The translations under genes and the position numbers were made by a program. 64,000 bases of DNA from a bacterium (GTDB taxonomy: Bacteria > UBA8248 > JACPRG01 > G963555815): NCBI GenBank assembly GCA_965218795.1, contig OZ244653.1:3328001-3392000 (forward strand). The letters run 5' to 3'. The notes under the pieces were generated by a model that worked only from the letters and a program-made list of their open reading frames with translations, was not told where the DNA came from and searched no databases. Of this stretch, positions 27,179 through 36,066 are shown piece by piece. Each line of letters opens with the position of its first letter. Positions within the stretch are counted from its first letter, which is position 1.

Positions 27179-27845
27179 CCCGCTCCATGACGTCCCGGTC
27201 ACCCGTATCCTGATTCCTGCGGCCCTTCCTTCACCTGTGCCGGGCCTCGAGAATACTCACCCGGCCCCTTCCGGCCCTTCTTCTCTTTTGGTTCTGCTTC
27301 CTGGCGTTCACTCCACTTGCTGAAGGAGCCGCGGAGAATTCGGACCACACCTGGTACGAAGTCGCCGAAAAAACGAACCCGGCCTCCTTCGCCATCATTC
27401 AAGAACTCGGGTTGGACATGGGCCAAAGCGATTCCGCCGTCGATAAGATTTTTCAGACATCTTTTGAAAGGGTGTTGGGCGAGCGGTTTGGCCCGACCAA
27501 CGCTTTCAATCTATTGGAGCTTTCCGACCCGGTTCTGAACAGGAAACTCCGCAAGCCGCCCAGCATTGAAAGCGATCCGATTCACGGGTCGGACTTTCAG
27601 CAACTATCTCAATCAAGTCCGGAACCCCGCCATTGCTATTTCAAACAACCTTTGGGAGGGCAAGGCTCCAGACGTTCTTGACGCCGCGCTCGCGTCGCCG
27701 GTAACGAAAGCTCTCGGGTTCGATGAACGCCTCATGAACGCGAACAACCGTACGGCATCCGGAAAACGCTGAAACGGGGGAAACCGCAGGATGAAACAGA
27801 ACCTTCCGGACAACGATCCAGACGCGTCGATGAATCTTATCTTTC

Positions 27846-28823
27846 TTACATTCCAGCGATGACATCCAGTGCGCGCAAATGATCGTCCGGGGAACCCTTC
27901 AAAAGCAGAACCGCGTCGTCGAGCCCCGCCTCGGAAAATTCAGCCAGACGTTCTCGAAACTCCGATTCATCGCCCGCAACCGCGTGCTTCCGAATCACAT
28001 CATCGGTGATCATATCTTCCGCGCGGTCCCAGTCCGCCCGGGAGACCGCATCGGCCAGCGCCTCGCGGTCGATTTTCGTCCCGGCCAACTCACGGTTCCT
28101 CTCGTGGTGGGCCCCCCGCAGGATGAAGGCGAGGGTCCTCCGGACGGCGTCGTAGGCGGATGTCCGGCTCGAAGAGAGAGCGGCAACGATGACCGAGCCG
28201 ACGGCGGCCGTCCGTGGAGCCCTCCCCGTGCGAGATTCCCCCTCGCGCATGCGCTCGGCGCCCCAACGGATGTAGGCCGGCGAACACCCCCCCGAGAGCA
28301 AGGCGCCATCGGCATTTCCCCCGGCCAGGCGAAGCATCTTCGGACCGACGCCTGCCAGATAAAGCGGGACTGACGGTGAAGGGGGGAAGGTGAGCGCCCG
28401 CTCCTTCATTCCGAAAATTTCCCCTTCGTGGTCGAGGGGGTCACCCGACAAAACCCCTCGAACGACGGAAAGCGCCTCCTCCATGGTTCGGAGAGGACGA
28501 GAGGGTTGAACGCCAAGGGCATTGAGATCGTCGGGCTGTCCCGTGGCCAGAACGGCTCTGACCCGATCGGGCGCGAGTTCGGCCAATGTCGCGAGCGACA
28601 TGCCAATCAGGCCCGGATTTCTGAGATAAGGACTGACGGCCGTGGGGACGACGGAAATCCGGTTCGTCCGGGCCAGAAAAACGGCCGCGGGACCAAAGGC
28701 GTCGCGGAAGAGAATGTGCTCGGCTATCCAGACGGAATCGACGCCGACCCCATCCGCCCGATGGACAAGATCCATCGCTTCCGGAAGAGGAGAGAACCCG
28801 TCATACATCACCCCGATGCGCAC
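27846..28823 (-). CDS. LLM-class (Mer-like, probably F420-dependent) oxidoreductase
   Basis: WIAEH..RDAF, SPYLRNP, PLYLAGVGPKMLRLAG..ADG. Confidence 0.88.
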   Translation of the reverse strand: MRIGVMYDGFSPLPEAMDLVHRADGVGVDSVWIAEHILFRDAFGPAAVFLARTNRISVVPTAVSPYLRNPGLIGMSLATLAELAPDRVRAVLATGQPDDLNALGVQPSRPLRTMEEALSVVRGVLSGDPLDHEGEIFGMKERALTFPPSPSVPLYLAGVGPKMLRLAGGNADGALLSGGCSPAYIRWGAERMREGESRTGRAPRTAAVGSVIVAALSSSRTSAYDAVRRTLAFILRGAHHERNRELAGTKIDREALADAVSRADWDRAEDMITDDVIRKHAVAGDESEFRERLAEFSEAGLDDAVLLLKGSPDDHLRALDVIAGM

Positions 28824-28858
28824 GGATATTCTCCCCTAAGAGCCGATGGGAATGGGGG

Positions 28859-29146
28859 TCATTTGGCGATCGCGATTGGTGGTGCTCCGACACCGGAAAC
28901 GTCGGTCAACGTCATCTGGAAAAGCTGATTGAGCAGGATGAAGGCCTGACGGCTCCAGTCCGTATCGGCGATTGAGTCATAGCGGCCCCTGAACCGGGCA
29001 TGCGGGACGCCGGGTGGAGAAGACTTCTGAGAAATCCCAATGGCAAGCGTCCGCCGCAGGCTCACGAACTTCTTCGGCATGGTTTCGGTACGCGGGTCCC
29101 TCTTGAAGTTTCCATCCGGGTCCTTGATTTCGATACCCCGGGCCAT
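28859..29146 (-). CDS. hypothetical protein or internally deleted gene
   Basis: ATG overlaps the cupin stop (TGATG) and the ORF fills the gap to the LLM gene; no recognisable family. Confidence 0.4.
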   Translation of the reverse strand: MARGIEIKDPDGNFKRDPRTETMPKKFVSLRRTLAIGISQKSSPPGVPHARFRGRYDSIADTDWSRQAFILLNQLFQMTLTDVSGVGAPPIAIAK

Positions 29147-29571
29147 CAGCCCGCCTTTTCCGGCGGGGGCGCTTCATGATCTTCGCCGGTTTCCACCATA
29201 CGGCGAAACTCGTTTTCGTATCCAGGCGGCGAAAAGCACCATGCCAGGCTAAGAGGCTCATCGCCGGTGTTGATGACCCCGTGCCATACACCAATGGGAA
29301 AATAGGCCGTCGAACCGGGCTCGATCCCGAACTCTTCGCCTTCGATAACGCATTTGCCCCGACCCCGCCAGAAAAACAGGATTTCCTCTTCCTTGTCATG
29401 TACGTGGTAGGGAATCTCACTGCCAACGTCCACGTCCTGCACGCCGAAAGAGAGCCTCTCGGACCCAATGCCATCGGGGCTGACGACAATCCCCCATCCC
29501 CGGGGCGCCTGGCCCGTCATCCGCAGTGGCTCGGACTCTCCCGGATGAAAAAAGCTCTTCTTCTCCATCAC
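29146..29571 (-). CDS. cupin domain protein
   Basis: HVHDKEEEILFFWRG..FPIGVWHGVINTG. Confidence 0.9.
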   Translation of the reverse strand: MMEKKSFFHPGESEPLRMTGQAPRGWGIVVSPDGIGSERLSFGVQDVDVGSEIPYHVHDKEEEILFFWRGRGKCVIEGEEFGIEPGSTAYFPIGVWHGVINTGDEPLSLAWCFSPPGYENEFRRMVETGEDHEAPPPEKAG

Positions 29572-29668
29572 CGAAGTCTCCTCTTCGCCTTACCCCCCAT
29601 CGTGATCTGATCCCCATTCTAAACCAATTATGGTTCAGGTTATCCGAAACCCGGTCTGCGGAGTAAAA

Positions 29669-29744
29669 TTCCGCAATGCGGGGAAATGCAACATTGAACG
29701 TATATCTTCACCGAAATGTCTGAAACAGTACGATTTTCGGACAT
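29669..29744. promoter_or_regulatory. candidate operators upstream of the cupin-LLM operon
   Basis: AT-rich region with TTCCGC-AAT-GCGG (IclR-like) and ATGTCTGAAA-N9-TTTCGGACAT inverted repeats. Confidence 0.35.
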
Positions 29745-29829
29745 AAATCTTCACACAAAATTCAAGGAATTCGACCCATGATTCTGCGTCGCATCACCCA
29801 AATGTTCTGGGCCGTTGATGAGGAGCAGC

Positions 29830-30350
29830 GATCCGGTCCTCGACCCGAAAGCCTCCCTGACGGCGCGGCTCAGGTCTGAATCAGCGCATCTGCCGCAAAG
29901 GGGATGAAATTTTTCTCCGCGTCATAACGAACAAGCCTTCGTACGTTCGCATTGTCACGGTCGATCCGGCGGGGCAGGTGGTCCAGTTGTTTCCCAACAA
30001 GTACCGGAGTGACCACTTTTTCCCCGTCGGGGAGGGAGTGCCCGATCCGGGACTCGCGGGCCGACAAATTCCAGCCCGTGGTGCACAAACCGCCTTTTGG
30101 GAAGGGGAAGTTTGTTCTTTACGCAAGCACGGCCCCGTTACCCGGATATCGATCTGATACCGCTAGGGGGCGGGTTGGGGATGTACAAGGGCAAGAGGGG
30201 TCAATTGGACACGTCAAGACGCGGTCCGTGTCGGTTCAGCCCGCGAACACAGGATCTTCCAAGCCTGCGGAATTTTCTGAGAGTTGCTTTGTTTTCTTGG
30301 CGAGGCCAAATCGGCAGCTAACTCGCAAACGCGGCGAATTGGGATACTGA
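29830..30350 (+). pseudogene. multiply frameshifted DUF4384-domain gene
   Basis: Stitched frames read LDPKASLTARL / RKGDEIFLRVITNKPSYVRIVTVDPAGQVVQLFPNKYRSDHFF / DKFQPVVHKPPFGKGKFVLYASTAPL / KTRSV..AEFSE. Confidence 0.65.
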
Positions 30351-30363
30351 GACAAATTCAGCC

Positions 30364-31158
30364 ATGGATTTTCAAGGGTATAGAAAAAGCATCGACCTGT
30401 ATCTGGACGGGGAGTTGGACTCCGCCTCGATCCTCAAGTTCCAGGAATGGCTCGACAACGATCCACGATGCCGGGAGCTCCTCGAGCGCGAGGAAAATCT
30501 CCGCATGAAAGTCCGGGAAGCTCTGAGCAGCGAGCATGCCCCGGACACGCTGGGAGCCGGGATTCGAAGGACTCTTCGAAAGGAGGAGAAGGGCGGAGCG
30601 AAGCGCTTTTTCACGGGTTGGCGGGCGGCCGCGGCGATCCTTCTGGCTGTAATTATCGGAGGCGGGTTCTATTTCCAGCAGGACCAGCGGGACATGAAAA
30701 ACATTGTGAACAGCTCCATCAACAGCCACAGGATGTACTCGCAGGCTGGCGATCTGATGGATTTTCAAGCCTCGGACGAAAGCGGCCTGATCCCGAAGTT
30801 GCAGCAGCGCGTAGAGTTCGCCGTGACGCTACCCTCCCTCGCCCAGGATGACATCGCGATGGTGGGGGGACGCATTTGTATCCTCATCGACCGGCAATCC
30901 GCGTTGGCTTTTTACAAGAAAGGGCCCCGGCGTCTCTCGCTCTTCGCCGTCGACCAGAAGGATATCCGGCTTCCCAGCTGGGGCGGCAAGAATATCAATG
31001 ACCGAATGGTCTATTTTCATCAATCGGGCGGATATCGGGTCGCAGTCTGGAAAGATGGGGAGTGCATCTACTCCCTGGTCGCGCAGCTTGAAGAGCGGGA
31101 TATGACCCGGTATCTGACCACCGGCTTCAAACGAGTCATCGCCCCCGCAAATGATTGA
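30364..31158 (+). CDS. membrane-anchored anti-sigma factor (RsiW-like, degenerate ZAS)
   Basis: YLDGELD..WLDNDPRC, TM helix WRAAAAILLAV, periplasmic LP..GGR..Y..LSLF..W..YSLV domain. Confidence 0.85.
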   Translation: MDFQGYRKSIDLYLDGELDSASILKFQEWLDNDPRCRELLEREENLRMKVREALSSEHAPDTLGAGIRRTLRKEEKGGAKRFFTGWRAAAAILLAVIIGGGFYFQQDQRDMKNIVNSSINSHRMYSQAGDLMDFQASDESGLIPKLQQRVEFAVTLPSLAQDDIAMVGGRICILIDRQSALAFYKKGPRRLSLFAVDQKDIRLPSWGGKNINDRMVYFHQSGGYRVAVWKDGECIYSLVAQLEERDMTRYLTTGFKRVIAPAND

Positions 31159-31293
31159 TATCCGCCGGGGGGCGTCGAGCCTGCCCGCCGCAAATTGCTG
31201 CACTTCTTCCCTCGTCCAACCAAGCAAGGTCGTTCGGTCTTTCATTGGTCAGATTGGAAAATTGGGGTGGGGATTTGTCTGCGCGCGAAGTAT

Positions 31294-31629
31294 TCAGGAT
31301 CCGTTTCCGTCGGCGTCGGGCTCACCCAGATGCCGCTTCGCCTCATCGTACTGCTTGCGGATGGTCGTCATGAGGCCTTCAGCAAAGCCCTCCGGAACTT
31401 CACGTTTCGGGGCCTGGCGGCAAAGCTCCTTCGTTTTTTCAAGAGATCGGAAAAGATTCTGACAGGGCGGGCAGTCATCGACGTGCCGCTCCATCTTGGC
31501 CATCATCTCGGGATCCAGCTCTTTGTCCAAAAATTCCGACAAGATGGGGTAGGCGTCCCTACACCCAATCCACCATTTACGGTGTCTGCCTGGAATCATT
31601 CGATCCAGGAGATGCCTGATAACTCCCAC
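31294..31629 (-). CDS. soluble zinc-binding anti-sigma factor (zf-HC2)
   Basis: C..LSEFLDKEL..HVDDCPPC; directly downstream of the ECF sigma. Confidence 0.88.
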   Translation of the reverse strand: MGVIRHLLDRMIPGRHRKWWIGCRDAYPILSEFLDKELDPEMMAKMERHVDDCPPCQNLFRSLEKTKELCRQAPKREVPEGFAEGLMTTIRKQYDEAKRHLGEPDADGNGS

Positions 31630-31679
31630 AACCTGACTCCCTCGCTTTCTTCCCCGATCATTGCCCTCTGACAGCGGGC

Positions 31680-32285
31680 TTACATTATGGGCGCGGTTTT
31701 TCTTTCCAGCTCCCTTCGGACGAACAGTCTCGCCCGGTGGAGGCGGGATTTCATCGCGGGAACCGTCAGTCCGAGCGATTCAGCCGTCTCATTGGCAGGC
31801 AGCTCTTCAACGTCCCGCAAAACCAGCACAGTTCGGTATTCCTCGGGCAGCTTCGCGATGGCCTCCTCCAGCAATATCCTGCCCTCGGCTTCCTCGAGAA
31901 CCTCTTCGGGTTTCGGCGGCCGGACCTTCATGCCATCGAGCAGTGAGAGCTGAAACTCCTCCAAATCCAAATTTTCCAAAGATTCCGGTTGGGACTTCTT
32001 CTTTCTCTGTAAAAACGTGTTGACCGCGATGCGGTGCATCCACGTCCCGACCGCAGAATCGCCTCGGAAATCCCCCAGCGACCGGAAGGCCTTGAGAAAC
32101 GTATCCTGCAAGACGTCCCGCGTTTCGCTCTCGTCCCAGGACATTCTGTAAATGGTGTTGTAAAGCCTGTCCTGATAATGAATAACGAATTCCTCGAACG
32201 CCTCCACTTCGCCCTTGCGGAAGCGCTCCAGGGCAATCCGTTCCCAATCCGTATTTTTCCCCAGCGCCGCCGCCTTCTGTTCCAT
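31680..32285 (-). CDS. ECF sigma-70 factor
   Basis: DVLQDTFLKAF..FRG..TWMHRIAVN; LPEEYR..LRDVE..MKSRLHRAR. Confidence 0.95.
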   Translation of the reverse strand: MEQKAAALGKNTDWERIALERFRKGEVEAFEEFVIHYQDRLYNTIYRMSWDESETRDVLQDTFLKAFRSLGDFRGDSAVGTWMHRIAVNTFLQRKKKSQPESLENLDLEEFQLSLLDGMKVRPPKPEEVLEEAEGRILLEEAIAKLPEEYRTVLVLRDVEELPANETAESLGLTVPAMKSRLHRARLFVRRELERKTAPIM

Positions 32286-32628
32286 AGTGTTTATTTTACA
32301 TGATCGGATTGACAGGGACGCGGCGTACGCCACTTCCACACAGATTTGGACACGGGAAAAACCCAAAAGGATTCACAAGATTCCACAGTTATTACAATAG
32401 GCAACAGACGGTCACCCACACACTGGCTGAGTGGGCATTCTCCTTGAAGGAAAGGAAGGCGACGCCCCCTCATCTGTCCACCTCGCGCTCAATAAGAAAA
32501 GTGAGGCGCTCAAATGTCCCTTTTCCGTTGAAATAAGGTGAAATTCGGTGTGATGTGAAGGGACGAGAATTTTCTTCTGGGATAAGGAACCCGATGAAAA
32601 TTCCGTCAAACAGATTCAAAGAGAACTC

Positions 32629-32952
32629 TTAACGCCAAAAGTCAGGATGGTCTTCAGGGGTGAATTCGGGCTTTTCCTTGAGGCGGTCCTCAAACTCTTC
32701 CGAAACCGCCTTCTTTTTCTGGGAATCCGCCTGGATCAGGCTGTCGAGGCTGGGCGCGTCGGGTCGGTCCCTGTATTCGGCAAAAGGATCAGCGATGTGA
32801 CGCTCAATCGTAACCCGATCTCCGGCCAGCCGAACCCTGATTTCTTTGCCGGGGGCAAGCTTCAGCGCATTCAAGACGGAATCCGGCAACTGGACGTAGC
32901 CCCCATCCTCCAGCGTCAGTATCTCAACCATCTCCTTCTCTCTCTTGCGCAT
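32629..32952 (-). CDS. AbrB/MazE/SpoVT-like DNA-binding domain protein
   Basis: LEDGGYVQLPDSVLNALKLAPGKEIRV..GDRVTI; start may be 32931 (AAGGAG RBS). Confidence 0.65.
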   Translation of the reverse strand: MRKREKEMVEILTLEDGGYVQLPDSVLNALKLAPGKEIRVRLAGDRVTIERHIADPFAEYRDRPDAPSLDSLIQADSQKKKAVSEEFEDRLKEKPEFTPEDHPDFWR

Positions 32953-33094
32953 ACTTGCATACTACCCCCGCCCGCGGAATGCGTCCAGGAAAACGGGAAT
33001 TCGATTGGGGCGATCGTGCGGGAGGACTGTCAACCCCTGCATTGCGCCAGAATTCGATCCCTCGGATACAAAAACGAATGGGAGAATTTTCCTG

Positions 33095-33285
33095 ATGGAA
33101 GGCGATCGCTTCCTCATCAAGGGGCTGGAGGCTCAATGCATTCTCGGTGCCTACGACTGGGGGCGGAAAACACCCCGATCGGTCTGTATTGACCTGGAAT
33201 TTCCAGCAGAAGATGGGGGATGGGGAGAAAGCCGGGCGGTCCCGTCGTGGATTACGCGGAGCTGGCGCCGGCCGCTTCGTCACAG
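33095..33285 (+). pseudogene. folB: dihydroneopterin aldolase remnant
   Basis: MEGDRFLIKGLEAQCILGAYDWGRKTPRSVCIDLE, then VVDYAELA in another frame, then truncated at the convergent gene; catalytic C-half missing. Confidence 0.65.
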
Positions 33286-34575
33286 ATCACGGCGGGCGAC
33301 CAGGATAGCCTGGGACATCGTCACGCAGATACGGTTGCTTTCCTGGAGCAAATTTCTGAGAAGCAGCTTGCCGCCCGAGCTGTTGGCGTCCAGTTCCTTC
33401 AGCTGAAGGGCTCGGCGGAGGCCCGGCAGTTTTCCGCGGTTCCCTTCAACATCACGGTGAAACGGACCGTTCTCGGTATAAAGGACTGGATTGATCAGGT
33501 GGCAGATGTCCATCCATTTCCGATTCGCATCCAGGGGTTGCATCATCTCGTCTTTGACCACGCGATCGTCGAGGACGACGACAAACTCCTTCACCGCCTC
33601 CCGAATCTCCCCGAAGTTGAAGACATCTCCGACTTCCTCATAAAGGTGCAGCAACTCGCTCCACAAGGCCTCGACGATGGACATCATCCGAAAGGGCGCC
33701 CGGGGAGCGGTGCACAGGTCAAAAAGGGCATCCGCATGGAACGCGGTCCGTTCCACCGCCCGGTCCCGGTCCATCTCGTCCAGCGCCTCGGCGCGGGAAA
33801 CCGGAAGAAATGAAAACGAGGGAAGTCCCACGCCGAGAAAGCTGCCGTCAGCGCTCTCGGGCAGATCCGCCGGATTCGCTTCCTCTGCTCCCACGCGTTC
33901 AATAATGTACTTGACCCAATCGGTGAGTTCGACCGTCGCGCAAGGTTCATACCCGGAGAGCGATCGGTCCGCCAGCTGTTCCACGTTCATGTAGGCCAGA
34001 CATCGGCTTCGCAGCAGGTCGAAATGGGCGTCGCCGTACCACGCTCCGGGCTCGAATCCCAACAATCCGCCGCCGTTCCACCACGCGAACCGGACACCGT
34101 GATGTAACTCGTTGCGGTGGAGCTGGAACAGGCGCACAAGCTCCAATAAGGAGGCATTCCCATGCCCGCCCACCAAAATGAAGTATGGGGCGCCGCCTTC
34201 GGGGACGATGTTCGTCACGGGAAACCGGTGAGGCCGCCATTCCCCTTCCAGCAAGTCATCCCCGGCCGGAACCCGCGCCTCGCATTCCATCATGCTCACG
34301 GGGAGTCCGGCACCCTCCAACACCGATGCAATCTCGTCCGCAGCCCGGTCGGCTCCGTCCGGATGGTCGGACCGCCGCCATGCGCAGCTGGCTTCCACCT
34401 TCGTCCAGAGGCCGTCCGGATCGATCTCCTCGCCGATGACGGGCGCAGGCCGGTCATCAAAGGGACCCCCTTCAACCTCGTCACCCCGCGCCGCTCTGTC
34501 GTCATGACGGTGGGAATGGCCGTGAGCCAGCAACTCTTCGAGCGAATGGCGGTCCAAAATTTCACCTCTCATCAA
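33280..34575 (-). CDS. degenerate M28 peptidase-like protein
   Basis: FILVGGH-GNASLLELVR..VRFAWW..WYGD..CLAYMNV..DGSFLGVGLPS resembles M28, but the HxD...DN segment is collapsed. Confidence 0.65.
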   Translation of the reverse strand: MMRGEILDRHSLEELLAHGHSHRHDDRAARGDEVEGGPFDDRPAPVIGEEIDPDGLWTKVEASCAWRRSDHPDGADRAADEIASVLEGAGLPVSMMECEARVPAGDDLLEGEWRPHRFPVTNIVPEGGAPYFILVGGHGNASLLELVRLFQLHRNELHHGVRFAWWNGGGLLGFEPGAWYGDAHFDLLRSRCLAYMNVEQLADRSLSGYEPCATVELTDWVKYIIERVGAEEANPADLPESADGSFLGVGLPSFSFLPVSRAEALDEMDRDRAVERTAFHADALFDLCTAPRAPFRMMSIVEALWSELLHLYEEVGDVFNFGEIREAVKEFVVVLDDRVVKDEMMQPLDANRKWMDICHLINPVLYTENGPFHRDVEGNRGKLPGLRRALQLKELDANSSGGKLLLRNLLQESNRICVTMSQAILVARRDL

Positions 34576-34746
34576 GATAGACCGATACTGGGCATTTTAC
34601 TCAAGAATGAGACTGGATGTCTTCTGAGCCCGAGCCAGTATTTCGAAACGAAAGCCGAGCGGAGCCAGTGTACCCGAATGGCCGCTCCACCGCGAAGAGG
34701 CCGGACCTGATCGGCGGATGGGCCTGCGCCCTTTGAAACAGAGGGC

Positions 34747-34776
34747 TTGACCCGAAGACGAATGCAGTGCCAGAAT
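34747..34776 (+). promoter_or_regulatory. candidate sigma70 promoter of the NHase-like operon
   Basis: TTGACC-18 bp-CAGAAT with TGn. Confidence 0.35.
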
Positions 34777-34847
34777 TTCCGTGTCATAGAGTCCGGATTG
34801 CGTCACCGTCCATTGTCGACCCATTCGAGACGAAGGGGGTGTTGTCG

Positions 34848-35138
34848 ATGCCGCCCAAATACAAGCCCGGTGATCGGGTTCGAGTCCTCAACCAGGTTCG
34901 TTGGGGACATATCCGCACTCCCCTGTTCGTTCTCGGAAAGACCGGGATCGTGGAAACCTGCCGGGGTGAATTCCCCAACCCGGAAGAACTCGCCTACGGA
35001 ATGGACGGTCTGCCCCCCGTGCCCTGTTACTGCATCAAGTTCGACTATCCCGAGGTATGGGGAAATATCTGCCCCGAGGTCTCCAGGAACGATAAGATGT
35101 ACATTGATATCTATGAGCATTGGCTGAACAGCGACTGA
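34848..35138 (+). CDS. nitrile hydratase beta C-terminal (SH3-like) subunit / ScnA-like
   Basis: KYKPGDRVRV, GHIRTP..GKTG, FPNPEELAYG..G.P..Y, IDIYEHWL. Confidence 0.9.
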   Translation: MPPKYKPGDRVRVLNQVRWGHIRTPLFVLGKTGIVETCRGEFPNPEELAYGMDGLPPVPCYCIKFDYPEVWGNICPEVSRNDKMYIDIYEHWLNSD

Positions 35139-35232
35139 AACCGGAACGCCGAATCTTCGCCGCCTGAATCCTGATTTGACTCTCGAACCAATATCCGGCG
35201 GCCGTCCGCAAGAAGGGGGAAGGAGAAAAATC

Positions 35233-36027
35233 ATGGCCCGGAGAGAACATCGTGCGGTTCGCTATGACGGCGTAAAACCGGGCGTTCCTGTCGAATACGA
35301 CGATTCCGCCGAATTCGAAAAATACCTCTATCACAAAGGGCACGCACCGGTCCCCTACGACAAGGATGACAAAAGCCCGATCGACACCGCCGAACATGAG
35401 ATGACGTACTGGGAACAGCGGATCTCCGGTTTGACCCGCCTTCTGGTGGAAAAGGGGCTCATTACGCTGGATGAGGTGCGCCGCTCCATCGAGGAGGATC
35501 AGGCCCGCAACATCGCGCTGGGCGGCAAGGTCGTGGCCCGCGCATGGGCGGACCCGGAATTCAAGAAACGCCTCCTGGAAGACGCCCGGGAAGCCTGCAT
35601 CGAGTTCGGCGTACAGATGGACGATACCGAGCTCGCGGCCTACGAGCAGACGGACGACGTTCACTGGGTGATCGTTTGCACGCTCTGCTCCTGCTACCCC
35701 CGGCCCCTCCTCGGCAACCCGCCGCACTGGTACAAGAGCACGGCTTATCGGAACCGGGTCGTCGTCGATCCCCGGGGCGTTCTGAAGGATGAATTCGGGA
35801 CGGTCGTCCCCGAAGACGTGGAAGTCCGCGTGATCGACAGCACCGCCGACTGCCGGTTCATCATCGTCCCCAAACGGCCGCCCGGAACCGAGGGAATGAG
35901 CGAGGAGGATCTCGCCGATCTCGTAACGTGCGAATCGGTCACGGGCACCGCCCACGCGATGACCCCCGAGCAGCTTCAGCGGAAAAAAGAAACCGCTGCC
36001 GCCGCCCATACGGACGGACACCCTTAA
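35233..36027 (+). CDS. Co-type nitrile hydratase alpha / thiocyanate hydrolase gamma-like subunit
   Basis: KVVARAWADPEFKKRLL, VCTLCSCYP cobalt claw, WYKS..YRNR, DSTA..RF..P.RP; AGGAG RBS. Confidence 0.93.
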   Translation: MARREHRAVRYDGVKPGVPVEYDDSAEFEKYLYHKGHAPVPYDKDDKSPIDTAEHEMTYWEQRISGLTRLLVEKGLITLDEVRRSIEEDQARNIALGGKVVARAWADPEFKKRLLEDAREACIEFGVQMDDTELAAYEQTDDVHWVIVCTLCSCYPRPLLGNPPHWYKSTAYRNRVVVDPRGVLKDEFGTVVPEDVEVRVIDSTADCRFIIVPKRPPGTEGMSEEDLADLVTCESVTGTAHAMTPEQLQRKKETAAAAHTDGHP

Positions 36028-36066
36028 AGGTTTCCGGCTGACTCCGGCTGACCCGAAGGCATCGAC

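Noticed and set aside
27200-27772. Overlapping short plus-strand ORFs that look like a broken gene
   Set aside because: Possibly another fossil, but I cannot assign any family, so it is not called.
32629-32952. AbrB-like gene as a toxin-antitoxin antitoxin
   Set aside because: No adjacent toxin ORF; the downstream region is AT-rich intergenic DNA.
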